DNA from: a virus
Taxonomy: Duplodnaviria > Heunggongvirae > Uroviricota > Caudoviricetes
Length of the DNA stretch: 64,000 nucleotides
Strand: one strand, 5' to 3'
Virus record (IMG/VR): IMGVR_UViG_3300021400_005610
The notes under the pieces are model-generated. The model was not told where the DNA came from. It worked only from the letters and a program-made list of their open reading frames with translations, and did no database searches. Shown here in pieces: positions 9,514 to 19,780 of this stretch (the stretch's first letter is position 1; each line of letters starts with the position of its first letter). Both the position numbers and the translations under genes were made by a program.

Positions 9514-10392
9514 ATGGCTGTTAAACCGAGTTATAGAGTGCCGTATTCTCTGAACCAGTCTTATACTGACATGACTATTGCTTTGCAGTCGAAAGACGGC
9601 TCTGTTGGTCGTGTTATTCCGATGATGGCAATGTTGGCATATGTTGTTTCATTCGTTGCATGCTTGATGTTGGTTACGAAATCGTTCATTGGGACGATGG
9701 GTTCCACTGGGCAGATTATTATCTTCATCATCTTGTGGATTGCGATTACTGTCGTATTGTGTAAGTATGATGGTACTCGTCGAATGAATATGCAGCGGAT
9801 TACAACATTATTTAATTATCTTCCGAAATCAGCACGCTATGTGTATACTCGAAACACACGTTCAGCAGTACCGTTTTGGAAGATTGTCGGTATCGAATCT
9901 GTTGCACCCGATGGTCTTGTGACGTATGCTGATAAGACATATGGCTATTTCTATAGAGTTGTCGGTAGTGCTTCTATTCTGTTGTTTGAGTCAGACCAAG
10001 ATGCCATTATCACTCGTGTTGATAACTTCTTTAAGAAGTGGCAGACCGATTCAGAAGTAATATTCATTACCGCGAAGGAAGGTCAGAAGGTATATCGTCA
10101 GTTGGCTGCGTTGCAGAGACGATATGAAAACCTTCAGAACGATGATCAGGATCTTCGTGATTTAGCGGAAGAGCAGTTCCGTATTTTGAGAGATTATGTC
10201 GGTAAGGAATTCAAATCTATTCACCAGTATATGGTGATTAAGTCCGACAATAAAGAGGCCCTTCGTGTTGCGAATGGTATTCTGCAGAACGAAGTCGAGA
10301 ACTCTGCTTTGTTTATCAAGCAGTGTGTGCCTCTTGAGAAAGAAGATACTCTTGAGTTTCTTCGTTCTATTTATCAGAAAGGAGGGGCGTAA
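9514..10392 (+). CDS. conjugation-module membrane protein (two TM helices near N-terminus)
   Basis: The hydrophobic segments MMAMLAYVVSFVACLMLV and IIFIILWIAITVVLC sit upstream of the large protein occupying the VirB4 position. AAAGGAGG RBS. Confidence 0.5.
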   Translation: MAVKPSYRVPYSLNQSYTDMTIALQSKDGSVGRVIPMMAMLAYVVSFVACLMLVTKSFIGTMGSTGQIIIFIILWIAITVVLCKYDGTRRMNMQRITTLFNYLPKSARYVYTRNTRSAVPFWKIVGIESVAPDGLVTYADKTYGYFYRVVGSASILLFESDQDAIITRVDNFFKKWQTDSEVIFITAKEGQKVYRQLAALQRRYENLQNDDQDLRDLAEEQFRILRDYVGKEFKSIHQYMVIKSDNKEALRVANGILQNEVENSALFIKQCVPLEKEDTLEFLRSIYQKGGA

Positions 10393-10395
10393 GTT

Positions 10396-12441
10396 ATGGC
10401 ACTTAAGAGAAGGAATGCGAATGGCGAGACCGAGGAGGTCATCGTCGATAATACTGCGCAGCGCTCCTTGGGTGGAAAGTTTGGTAAATCCAAATCTCGT
10501 GATAAGGTAGATGAAGAAACGGAAAAGAAGGGTCTCTTTGGTCGTAAAAAGAACAAAGATGAAGCTGATTTGAGTGATGTTGATTTTGAGTCGTATCCTC
10601 ATTTGCTGTATTTAAAGCCGAAAGAGCGTTATATTTTCCACTCTGATTATTTTGATATTGATAATCAGGTGGCAACGATTGTTGCGTTCTTCCATACAGA
10701 TGGTGCTTCTGATAACTTTGGTCCGTTCTGGGGCATTAACCGTATTCCTGCAGGACTTGGTGATAATATCGTCACATTTTCGTTCGAGCAGATTAGCCGT
10801 ATGTCTGAGGCTTGGATTCAAGACCATCAGACGAAGGCTGAAGGTATTGCTGCTACAGATGAACAGGAAACGGCTCGTGCTGGTACGACTACATCCAAAC
10901 AGCAGGCAAGTAGAAAGAGTTATGATTTTGAAGTCATTGCTCGTGAGTTGCAGGAAGGTGCAGCCTATCTGCAAGTTCATTATCGTCTGTTGATTAAAGC
11001 ACCGACAATTGATGATTTGGATTATGCTTTGGATCAGCTGAAGCGTTTGTATATGGACCGTTTCGGTACGTTGAGTATCGCTGCGTATGCTGGTGATGAG
11101 CGTACTGAACTTTCCACATTGTTCTCGAAGAATGCGAGAAAGATTGGTCGTGGATTCAACTTTACATCCACTGAGTATGCGGGTTCTTATAGTTTGGTAA
11201 CGCATGGTCTGGAAGACCCTCGTGGTGAATATGTTGGATACATGGTCGGTGATGTTAATAACTCTGCTGTGTTGTTTGATACGGATGGGTATTCACATCA
11301 TGCGGTTATCGTTAACGAGAACTATTTCGAGAAATTGGGTCGTGCGCACGTATCTGACATGTGGTGTTCAAAAATTAGCCAATCGGCGTTATTGAACAAC
11401 CATCGTGTCGTTCATATTTTGATGAACGGTTGTGATATCAATAAGCTCGGTCCGAAGTTTGAATCTCTGACATCTATTATTGATATGCAGCATGGTGCTG
11501 TTAATATGTTTGAGATGTTTGGTGAAGATGGCGATGAAATGACTATCTTCCCAGCGCAGATGCAGAAATTGATTTTGATGGCTGAACAGGCTTATGCTGC
11601 TACAGACAGTGACCGTTCCATCATTCGTGGTTCTTTGGAGGAAATTGCTACACAGTTCTATATTGATAGACGTATGTGGCGTGCGAATGCTAAGGAACAT
11701 CGTGAAGACCTTCGTGTTGTAGGTATTCCGCACTCTGAGATTCCTCTTTTACAGGAATTTGTTTCATACCTGGAGACAGGTTATAAGAAACAGGCTATGT
11801 CTGCCGCACGAGATGATGAAAAGTTGCACGCTATGAGCGTTTTGCTTTTGACTTTCCGTAACATGCTTTCGAATAATGGTGACTTGTTTAACATGATTAC
11901 CAGCGATGAGATTGATAATGCGGTCAATGGTCAGCGTGTACTTTACGATTTCAATGGTTTGATGCGTCGTGGTAAAGGTGTTGCTATGGCTCAGCTTGTA
12001 AATATCATCGGTTTTGCCGTTGGTACGTTGGGCGAAGGTGATGTTGTTATTTTCCACGGAGCGGATTTGATTGATAACGGTGTCAAGGATTACATTAATC
12101 AACAGCTTGCACATTTACATTCTCGTGGCGGTCGTGTCTTGTATTCTTATGACAATACTGATATAATGTTGGCAGATAAGAGTTTCTGTCGTTTTGATAA
12201 GGCTGATTTTACGATTTTCGGAAATCTGACCGATACGGCGGTGGTTGCTTATCAAGAAGAATTGGGGCAGACCATTCCGCCTGATCTTTCCCGCTTGATT
12301 ACATCGAAATCTGAGAGCGTATGTTATATTCGCCGTGGATTTGATAATGTTGTATTCAAGCAAGATTTGGCACTTGGCATCAGCTCTCGTAAGAGTACGA
12401 CAAAGAAAGGAGGCATGAAACGAAATGGTTTGGTGTCGTAA
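10396..12441 (+). CDS. large cytoplasmic conjugation protein in VirB4 position (no canonical Walker A found)
   Basis: 681 aa with a GGAGGGG RBS. Its position after the membrane protein and before the VirB6-like gene suggests a VirB4/TraE-like role. I found no GxxxxGK[ST] motif, so the ATPase call is uncertain. Confidence 0.5.
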   Translation: MALKRRNANGETEEVIVDNTAQRSLGGKFGKSKSRDKVDEETEKKGLFGRKKNKDEADLSDVDFESYPHLLYLKPKERYIFHSDYFDIDNQVATIVAFFHTDGASDNFGPFWGINRIPAGLGDNIVTFSFEQISRMSEAWIQDHQTKAEGIAATDEQETARAGTTTSKQQASRKSYDFEVIARELQEGAAYLQVHYRLLIKAPTIDDLDYALDQLKRLYMDRFGTLSIAAYAGDERTELSTLFSKNARKIGRGFNFTSTEYAGSYSLVTHGLEDPRGEYVGYMVGDVNNSAVLFDTDGYSHHAVIVNENYFEKLGRAHVSDMWCSKISQSALLNNHRVVHILMNGCDINKLGPKFESLTSIIDMQHGAVNMFEMFGEDGDEMTIFPAQMQKLILMAEQAYAATDSDRSIIRGSLEEIATQFYIDRRMWRANAKEHREDLRVVGIPHSEIPLLQEFVSYLETGYKKQAMSAARDDEKLHAMSVLLLTFRNMLSNNGDLFNMITSDEIDNAVNGQRVLYDFNGLMRRGKGVAMAQLVNIIGFAVGTLGEGDVVIFHGADLIDNGVKDYINQQLAHLHSRGGRVLYSYDNTDIMLADKSFCRFDKADFTIFGNLTDTAVVAYQEELGQTIPPDLSRLITSKSESVCYIRRGFDNVVFKQDLALGISSRKSTTKKGGMKRNGLVS

Positions 12442-15064
12442 GAAATCTGTAGTTCGATTTCTAACGTTGATTCTTGTGTTTGTAATGAGTTTCAGCATGT
12501 TTGTCGTACCAACATATGCGTCTGGTTCTCAAGCGTCGACTGAAGACGGGGTTGGAACATCGCTTTACGATGTAACGACTGCATTGACTGCTTACGCAAG
12601 TAATGTCGTTGGTTCAAATACCAACGATAAGCAGGTTGATGAGTCTAACAGTCCTGTAAGTGCGCATCAAGTTTGGATTCTGAAAAATGCGGATGTCGGA
12701 GATGCTGGTGCTATTGTTGGTTATGGTGATAAGCAAAAAGGATTTATTGCTTTCGTTACAGCAAATGAAACTCGATCAGTTACGACCTCGAACTACGCAG
12801 CGTATAAGAACATTGGTGATAATAATAAAACCTATGCATATGTGCGCTATGGTCGTTTGCTGACTACATTGGGTTTGGATGAGACTGGTAACCCTGCGTC
12901 CGCGGATTATCTTCGCTTTGCGGGTTATTTGGTCGAAGGCGCTCACATGGTTTCGCGTGCTGTGCCTTGGTTGTTTAGTGTTTCAATTAATATTTTAAGG
13001 TTTTTGAATCCATTCAGATTTTTGGTGGATTCCAGAGCAGTTAATGGTGTTATTACTGATGTAAGCGCCAGTAATGCTTATAATGCTGTAGATCCGTTTA
13101 ATCAGAGTCAAGGTTTACAGGGTGCCAGTGGTTTGGTTACTGGTGCTGCGCATGCTGACCCGATGACAGGTGTCAATGAATATAATGGCGCTTCGTCAAC
13201 CATTCAGTATGGTGGTAGTAAGTCATTTAATGTTGCAACGAGTGGTTTACAAAAGGTTGCTCGTATTACAACCATGCTTTATGTGTGGTGTCGAAATATC
13301 GGTATGTTTATTATTGTACCGTTCCTTACTTTGTTGTTGATTGCCAGCTTATTGCTGACACGTAGCAATGATAAGTGGGGTAAAGTCGCAACATATGCAA
13401 AGCGTTTGTTCTTTATTTTCGTAGGTGTGCCTTTCTTGGGTATTATTTATACTTCAGTGCTGGACACTGTCGAAGAAAATATTGTTACAAATGCACCGTC
13501 GTCACGTATTGTTGCAGCGACATTTGTTGACTTTGAAAACTGGGCGAAAATTGCTCGTTTGGATCCACCTGCCAGCATGACATCTGAAGTAGCAGATGAT
13601 ACGCCAGGTGGTAAGCCGAGTGCGGACACAATTCGTACTGTTCGTGACTATGCTTACACAGTCAATCGGAAAACTAACTTGTATTATTTACCAGTAAGTT
13701 CTGGTTTGGGTATTGGTTCTTCTGGTAGAAGTTTTGGCTTGAATGCAGGTATGTGGGACGATAATGGTTGGAAGACCATGGGAAGTTCTGGTGGTACTAT
13801 TCAAGCACAGTTTGATCGTATGAATGCTTTGCTGAGTACGTATGCCGCTGGTCATTTTTATACGGCTTCTGCTTGGGAGTCTGCAATTAATACTACATTG
13901 AAGGCGCTGTATGCGTCTGATATGGGTAGTTCACCGACTACGAGTGGTGCATCACCGAATAAGAACACAGTTTATCAGATGTATTTTGATACAGATGAAG
14001 TTGAAGACTGGATGAACCGTGCGGCAGTAGAAAGCCAGCATATTTTTAAGGGTGATTCTGCACCTGAGGAAGCACAATGGGCACCATCTTCGTTTAATAT
14101 CTTTAAGAATGGTGGTTCGCTTGGTCTTGGTGATGCAAGTGGTGGTGGCGATTATGAATATAGTGGTAGCGGTTGGGGTGGCCGTGTAGGTCTTGCTACT
14201 ACGGGCGCACAATTTGGATTATCAACTGTATCGATGTATAATTATTTGGCATCTGCCTTTAATGCATCAAATATCGCTGTATATTCTGCCGCGAATACGA
14301 CATCTGAATATACGAGAGTTCAGCATTATTCTGTTAATGCAGTTGGCTCTGGTTTGTTAGGTGCTCTGTTCATTATCAATACGATTGTGGTTCTTGGTAT
14401 CTTCTCGTTGGTTGCTTTGTGTTATTGCTTGGGTATGATTGGTCATAACTTGAAGACTGGTTTCTCCATGATTATGGCAATTCCTGGCGCAATGTTCGGT
14501 ATTATGAAGTCCATCGTGCAAGTTGTCGTATATGTCATTAATATGATCATTACGATTATCGCAACTGCAATTTTGTATAGTTTTATTTGCGATTTGATTA
14601 TCATCTTCGCATCGTTAATTGAATCGCCTGTCCAGTCGATAGTAGAGAATGTTACTGAAACGTCTATAGCTGGTGGCTTGTTTGCTTCTCTGGGCAGTTC
14701 CAATTTTGTGATGTCATTTGCAGAAAATACGAACTTGTTCGTTCTTGGCATTGGTGTTGTTACACTTGCCACTTTGGTTCTTGGTGTTGGCATGTATGCT
14801 ACACGTAGATGTGTATTGGTGGCAGAGGCTTATGCCTTTGACTATGCACTTAGATGTCAGACAGCTCGTGAGTTCTTGCCTGTATTTGATGAAATCATGG
14901 CAAAGAGAAAGTCAATGTACTTCTGGGATGAGTTGGCTTATGACGTAGATGATGTTGCATCAGCAAGTAAAGAAATTTTGGACGGTTTGTTGCCTGATGC
15001 CTTGCCTGAAGTTCAGGTTGTTCCTCAGGTTGTTCCGTCAGGAAGGAGTGTGGCTGGATTATGA
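12425..15064 (+). CDS. VirB6/TrbL-like polytopic membrane protein with large N-terminal extracytoplasmic domain
   Basis: An N-terminal signal/anchor MVWCRKKSVVRFLTLILVFVMSF, then a Gly/Ser-rich soluble region, then at least 6 predicted TM helices in the C-terminal half. The start overlaps the upstream stop. Confidence 0.55.
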   Translation: MVWCRKKSVVRFLTLILVFVMSFSMFVVPTYASGSQASTEDGVGTSLYDVTTALTAYASNVVGSNTNDKQVDESNSPVSAHQVWILKNADVGDAGAIVGYGDKQKGFIAFVTANETRSVTTSNYAAYKNIGDNNKTYAYVRYGRLLTTLGLDETGNPASADYLRFAGYLVEGAHMVSRAVPWLFSVSINILRFLNPFRFLVDSRAVNGVITDVSASNAYNAVDPFNQSQGLQGASGLVTGAAHADPMTGVNEYNGASSTIQYGGSKSFNVATSGLQKVARITTMLYVWCRNIGMFIIVPFLTLLLIASLLLTRSNDKWGKVATYAKRLFFIFVGVPFLGIIYTSVLDTVEENIVTNAPSSRIVAATFVDFENWAKIARLDPPASMTSEVADDTPGGKPSADTIRTVRDYAYTVNRKTNLYYLPVSSGLGIGSSGRSFGLNAGMWDDNGWKTMGSSGGTIQAQFDRMNALLSTYAAGHFYTASAWESAINTTLKALYASDMGSSPTTSGASPNKNTVYQMYFDTDEVEDWMNRAAVESQHIFKGDSAPEEAQWAPSSFNIFKNGGSLGLGDASGGGDYEYSGSGWGGRVGLATTGAQFGLSTVSMYNYLASAFNASNIAVYSAANTTSEYTRVQHYSVNAVGSGLLGALFIINTIVVLGIFSLVALCYCLGMIGHNLKTGFSMIMAIPGAMFGIMKSIVQVVVYVINMIITIIATAILYSFICDLIIIFASLIESPVQSIVENVTETSIAGGLFASLGSSNFVMSFAENTNLFVLGIGVVTLATLVLGVGMYATRRCVLVAEAYAFDYALRCQTAREFLPVFDEIMAKRKSMYFWDELAYDVDDVASASKEILDGLLPDALPEVQVVPQVVPSGRSVAGL

Positions 15065-18000
15065 TAAACGGTAGTTTGGCATTAGCTTCATCCATTTTCA
15101 ATGGTGAAGTAATGATGATCCTTGTACTTCTGTTGACAAGCGTCCTTCTGGTGTTGTTTGGCATTATGGCTATCCGCTTGCGTAAAGGTCTGATTGGTGC
15201 CTTGGGCGAGATTACGGACAATGTTGTTTCGAAATTTGTCCAGGGTACTGGTTCAGGCGGAGCTTCAGCTACTGTAGCCGCTGCATCTGGTGGTGTTATT
15301 TCTGGCGCTGGCGGTTCTTCAGGAGGCGGTGGTGGCGGCGGTTCTCTTACAGGTAATGTAATGGGAGCTAACACCATGGTATCGGCAGCAACTGGTGGTA
15401 AATCCAGTTTGGGCAAGATTGCTCTTGCTGGTGTTGGCGCGGCTGCTGGTGGTACATTGCTTGGCGGTGCGTTCGGACAGCGTGGCGAAGGTACTTCAAA
15501 CGAAGGTGAACATGGTATGGTTGCCACAGGTGCACTTGAAAATGAAGAAACGACACAAAATGTCGGCGAAGGCGAAGGTGCATTCTTCGGACAGGCTGGT
15601 ACAGCAGGTCAGGGAGGCCAAGGTGGCGAAGCTGGTCAGGCTGGTGCAGCAGCTCAGGTTACAGGCGAAGCTGGTGTTGATGGTCAGGCTGGCGTGAATG
15701 GTCAGGCTGGTGCTGATGCGACAACAATGAATGCTGACGGAACAGTTAATGCTAGGAATAGCAGTGTTGCGAATGTGGATTCCGCCGCTGAGATGTCTGG
15801 TTCTCGTAATGCATATTACGGTCAGGCTGGTGGATCAGACCATATGGTCGCTACTGGTGCTATGACGATAAAGAGTATGGCATCCGAGTCCAGTATGGAA
15901 CGTATGGATCGTCAGAATCAGAATGTTTATGAACAGGCTGATTCGTTGGCTGCTTTGTCAAGTAAGAAAACTGTTGGTCAGGCTGCATCTGGTGTATCTG
16001 CAGGTGCGAATGGCTTAAGTGGTGTGAACGGTATTGCTGGCGAGAACGCTCAGATTGGTAGTGCTAATGTTGGCGGTACAGTTAATGCTCAGAATGCAAA
16101 TGCTGTTAAGGGCGTTGTCGCTCAAGCTGCTCCTGGCGTCGGTGGTTACGCAACTTCTGTTGGCGGACAGGGCGTTGGCAGTCGAGGTGCAGGTGCTACA
16201 GCTGTTGCCGCAGGTTCAGTACAGAATGCTTCTGCACAGAATGTATCTGCGGGTCAAGCAGGTATTCGTGGAGTCTCTGCTCAGCAGAGTAATAATAATA
16301 TGGCCGTTGGCTCTGTCAATGGAGTGGACGGTGTGAATGGTCAAGGCGCTTCTGTACAATCGCAGTCTAAGACGCTTTCTGGCGGTTCTGTACACGGTGG
16401 TGTCAATGTGGCTTCTGCCGATGTAAATGGCGGTTTGAAGACCGTTAGTCCACAGAATGGTGTGTATCGTCAGAATGGTGCCGCTCAAGCAGCCGCTATT
16501 GGTGGTGTTGCAGGTGGCATGGTCGCAGGTGCGAATGGACAGGGTAGTCAAGTTGGACAGTCTGGTATCCGTGGTGTTTCCGCACAGGTTGCCGCAAATG
16601 CTAATGGTGTCGGTGGTCAGTCAGGTTCTGCTTCTGCATATGGACAGCAGGGAGCGAATGGTTTGGCTGGATCCGCACAGGCTGTTGCAGATGGTGAATA
16701 TCGTCATAGTGTTAATTCTGGTATCCGTGGCGTTTCTGCCCAGAGTACTGGCAATAGAATGACAGTGATGGGCGGTACCGTAAATGCGCAGGGTATTGGT
16801 GGTCAAGTAGGTTCTGCTGCAGCTTATGGACAGAATGGAGCCAATGGTGTTGCTGGTTCAGCACAGGCTGTTGCTTCTGGCGTATATCGTCAGAATGATG
16901 CAGGACTCCGCGGTGTTGCTGTTGGTGGTAATGCAAATGCCGTTGGTGCAAGTGGTGCAAACGGTGGTGTAGGTGCCGATGGTGGTATCCGTGGTGTGAG
17001 TGCTCAGAGTTCTGGTAACAGGATGGTTGTTGGCGGCGTTGTCGCTGGTGGAGCAAACGCACAGGCTACAGGTGGTCAGTCTGGTTTTGCAGCTGCGTAT
17101 GGACAGAATGGCGCAAATGGTGCTGGCGGTCCTGCAGGTGCGAATGGTACTGGAGCATATTATCGTCAGGGTGCTGATTCTGGTATCCGTGGGGTTGGAG
17201 CGCAGGTTTCAGCTAACGGTGGATATGGTGTTGGTGGTAATGGTGCAGGTGCGAATGCAAATGCAACTGGATCTAATGCTCATAAATCTAGTTCTGAACA
17301 GCGTAATGTAATGGCTGCTGGTATGGTTGTGCCTGGTAGTCAAGGAGTTACTGGACCGAATGGTACCGCTGGTGTAAACGGTGGACAGGGCGCAGATGCG
17401 GGTATCCGTGGAGTTGGTGCTCAGTCGTCCAATAATCGTATGTATGGCGGTGGAATGGCTGCTGGTACTGTACAGGGTGCTTCTGCTGCGGCACATGGTA
17501 TGAGTGTTGCTAATGGTGCTACTGGTCAGTCTGTTGGGTCTGGTGCGTATAGGGCTAGTTCTGAACAGCGTAACGTCATGGCAGCAGGTATGGTAATGCC
17601 TGGTGGTCAGACTGGTGCAAACGGTCGTGATGGTGTCAATGGCGTTGGTACAGACAGTGGTGTACGTGGTGTCGGTGCTCAGACAAGTCGTGATGTTGCA
17701 TCCGTTGGTGCACAGGGTGGTAGCGTGATTGCTTCTGCTCGTGGCGTGAACGGTGGTGCAGGTGCTAATGGTTATGCCAGTGCAAATGCTAATGGCGTTG
17801 GTGGTCAAGGACAGGGCGGTGCTTATTATAGAGCAGGCGCTGATCAGAGATCTGCTATTGGTGCTGGTACTGTGGCTGGTGTGGCTGGTGGTGCTGTACA
17901 GGGCCGTGATGGCGCATCTGGACGTGGTGCAGATACAGTTCGTAATGTTAATGGTCAAGTTGGAGCAAGTCATGAATATGCAGTTCCTGGTTCCGTAGGC

Positions 18001-19608
18001 GCATCAGGTGCTGGTGCATCCGCTCGTAGTGTTAATGGACAGAACGGTAGTAATGGCGTTGGTGGAGCTGCATTTGTCGCTGGCGGTATGTATAGAGCAA
18101 GCTCTGATGGACGTGGTGGTGTTGGAGCCGATGGTCGTGGCGGCGTAGGTCGTGACGGTCAGGGTGGTACAACTTCCGAACGTGGCGGTTCCGTAGGTTC
18201 TGTGGATCACAGAAATATTGGCAGTGGACAGTCTGGACCTGTACATTCTGGTGTTCCTGGTGCAAATAGCTATGCTTATGCAGTAGGTGGTGTTGGCGGA
18301 GCAGCAGGCGGTATGAGTGGTTCAGGTTCTCTGAGCCGTTCTGGTTCCAGTGTTTCGGATCGTGAGAGAAGTAACGAACATGATGCAGAATCTGATTATC
18401 GTCAGGTTGGTGGCTCAGTTGGTGCTTCTTCTGGTAGAGTTCGTACTGCTTCTGCATCGGCAAATCGTACTCCAGGTGGTGTGGATCGTCTGAATACGTC
18501 GTCTGATACAGCAGGTCGTTATACGGCTCGTTCTGGTGGTGTTGGTAGTGAACATGATGGTTTCGCTTCTGCTATTGGTGAGAGTGGTCGTGCAGGTGCT
18601 GCAGGAGCCGATGGTACAGCAGGACGTGATGGATTTGCAGGTAATGCAGGACGTGATGGTATGGCTGGTTCCGCAGGTTCCGTTGGTTCAAATAGCATGA
18701 ATGGTGCTCATGTCGCATCTTATGTCAATAATGCATCTTCAGGTGGTTATAGACAGGATGGCGCTGGTAGTGCTCATGGCGGTGTTGGCGGCGTAGGTCG
18801 CGACGGTCGTGATGCGAATGCAACAGCTTCTGGTATTGCAGGAGGTATTGCAGGAACGTCTGGCGCAGTTGCTAGTGCATCAGGACGTAACGGATTTGCA
18901 GGTAATGCAAGACGTGATGGTGCTGCAGGATCCGTAGGTTCCGCTGGTGCAAATGGCATGAATGGTGTTCATGTCGCATCTTATGTCAATAATGCACCTG
19001 TAGGTGGTCATAGAGAGGTTGGCGCTGGTAGTGCTAATGGCGGTGTTGGTGGCGTAGGCCGTGATGGTCGTGATGCGAATGCAACAGCTTCTGGTATTGC
19101 AGGAGCAGCTGGAGCAGCCGCTAATGCACGTGGCGGTCGTTCTGGTGCATCCAGTAGGGATACCGTTGGTGGATCGAGTCGTCAGGTTGGTTCTTACGCA
19201 TCTCGCGAAGGCGGTATGTTGCGTGGAGAATCTGAACGTAGTTTCGAACGTGCCTTTGGCAGTGATGGTGGACAGATGGGTGCTACTGGAGCCGCAGGTT
19301 CGACGGTTGTTAATAACACTAATACCACAGCTCGTTATGAGAGTGGTTCTGGCACTGGTACTGTTGTTCAGGGTCAGAGTAGACCGATGTCTGACCGTCC
19401 TATTGATAGAGAGAAAGAGAAAGAGAAGAAACCTGAGGTGCGTCGTCGTTCCTCGAATACAGGTGATAATGCCGACTTAGGTCATCTGAAAGGTATTGAC
19501 TTAGGCGAGAATGCATATGGACCTGGTAGTGAACAGGGTAACATGGAAATGAACCGTTCATTACATCGTGATGGTAGTAGTGATGCTGATGATGATGGAT
19601 TCATTTAA
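15061..19608 (+). CDS. giant Gly/Ala/Ser-rich repetitive membrane-anchored protein
   Basis: 1515 aa with an N-terminal TM MMILVLLLTSVLLVLFGIMAI. About 8 degenerate repeats are seeded by SGIRGVSAQ, and a collagen-like G-R-D-G region with a near-identical ~86 aa duplication lies near the C-terminus. The start overlaps the VirB6-like stop. Confidence 0.7.
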   Translation: MINGSLALASSIFNGEVMMILVLLLTSVLLVLFGIMAIRLRKGLIGALGEITDNVVSKFVQGTGSGGASATVAAASGGVISGAGGSSGGGGGGGSLTGNVMGANTMVSAATGGKSSLGKIALAGVGAAAGGTLLGGAFGQRGEGTSNEGEHGMVATGALENEETTQNVGEGEGAFFGQAGTAGQGGQGGEAGQAGAAAQVTGEAGVDGQAGVNGQAGADATTMNADGTVNARNSSVANVDSAAEMSGSRNAYYGQAGGSDHMVATGAMTIKSMASESSMERMDRQNQNVYEQADSLAALSSKKTVGQAASGVSAGANGLSGVNGIAGENAQIGSANVGGTVNAQNANAVKGVVAQAAPGVGGYATSVGGQGVGSRGAGATAVAAGSVQNASAQNVSAGQAGIRGVSAQQSNNNMAVGSVNGVDGVNGQGASVQSQSKTLSGGSVHGGVNVASADVNGGLKTVSPQNGVYRQNGAAQAAAIGGVAGGMVAGANGQGSQVGQSGIRGVSAQVAANANGVGGQSGSASAYGQQGANGLAGSAQAVADGEYRHSVNSGIRGVSAQSTGNRMTVMGGTVNAQGIGGQVGSAAAYGQNGANGVAGSAQAVASGVYRQNDAGLRGVAVGGNANAVGASGANGGVGADGGIRGVSAQSSGNRMVVGGVVAGGANAQATGGQSGFAAAYGQNGANGAGGPAGANGTGAYYRQGADSGIRGVGAQVSANGGYGVGGNGAGANANATGSNAHKSSSEQRNVMAAGMVVPGSQGVTGPNGTAGVNGGQGADAGIRGVGAQSSNNRMYGGGMAAGTVQGASAAAHGMSVANGATGQSVGSGAYRASSEQRNVMAAGMVMPGGQTGANGRDGVNGVGTDSGVRGVGAQTSRDVASVGAQGGSVIASARGVNGGAGANGYASANANGVGGQGQGGAYYRAGADQRSAIGAGTVAGVAGGAVQGRDGASGRGADTVRNVNGQVGASHEYAVPGSVGASGAGASARSVNGQNGSNGVGGAAFVAGGMYRASSDGRGGVGADGRGGVGRDGQGGTTSERGGSVGSVDHRNIGSGQSGPVHSGVPGANSYAYAVGGVGGAAGGMSGSGSLSRSGSSVSDRERSNEHDAESDYRQVGGSVGASSGRVRTASASANRTPGGVDRLNTSSDTAGRYTARSGGVGSEHDGFASAIGESGRAGAAGADGTAGRDGFAGNAGRDGMAGSAGSVGSNSMNGAHVASYVNNASSGGYRQDGAGSAHGGVGGVGRDGRDANATASGIAGGIAGTSGAVASASGRNGFAGNARRDGAAGSVGSAGANGMNGVHVASYVNNAPVGGHREVGAGSANGGVGGVGRDGRDANATASGIAGAAGAAANARGGRSGASSRDTVGGSSRQVGSYASREGGMLRGESERSFERAFGSDGGQMGATGAAGSTVVNNTNTTARYESGSGTGTVVQGQSRPMSDRPIDREKEKEKKPEVRRRSSNTGDNADLGHLKGIDLGENAYGPGSEQGNMEMNRSLHRDGSSDADDDGFI
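16250..17700 (+). repeat. tandem degenerate coding repeats (GIRGVSAQ-seeded, ~60-70 aa period)
   Basis: The DNA motif ggtatccgtggtgt(t/g)tc(c/t)gc(a/t)cag recurs at about 16561, 16723, 16981, 17173, 17401 and 17641. Confidence 0.6.
18625..19108 (+). repeat. ~258 bp near-identical internal duplication in the Gly-rich gene
   Basis: Copy 18625-18850 and copy 18883-19108 share long identical runs, e.g. catgtcgcatcttatgtcaataatgca and gatgcgaatgcaacagcttctggtattgcagga. Confidence 0.7.
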
Positions 19609-19667
19609 GAATCCATCATCAATCAGATGGTAAAAACTTGATAAAAGTTTTTTTGAAAAAACATGTA

Positions 19668-19696
19668 TTGACAAACGAATATGCCCTGTTTATAAT
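19668..19696 (+). promoter_or_regulatory. sigma70-like promoter (TTGACA-17-TATAAT) for pilin-like gene copy 1
   Basis: Perfect consensus hexamers with a 17 bp spacer. The downstream 5'UTR contains the 12 bp palindrome ATTGACGTCAAT (about 19738-19749). Confidence 0.65.
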
Positions 19697-19780
19697 TATA
19701 GTGATCAGAGGGGGAGTGGGGTTTTCTTCCCGTACTGATTGACGTCAATCGTAAAATTTCGAAGAAAGGAGGAAGACGCC

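Noticed and set aside
10396-12441. Calling this ORF a VirB4 ATPase outright
   Set aside because: I could not find a Walker A/B in the translated sequence. The assignment rests only on gene order, so it is reported as hypothetical with a note.
14895-15527. 210-aa minus-strand Pro-rich ORF
   Set aside because: It is antisense to the junction of the VirB6-like and Gly-rich genes (GGN-rich sense strand gives a CCN-rich antisense strand). No independent signals.
17209-17973. 254-aa minus-strand Thr/Ser-rich ORF (and 16712-17062, 18032-18463 minus ORFs)
   Set aside because: These are antisense shadows of the Gly/Ala-rich repeat gene. Repetitive GGT/GCT codons read in reverse give ACC/AGC-rich pseudo-proteins.
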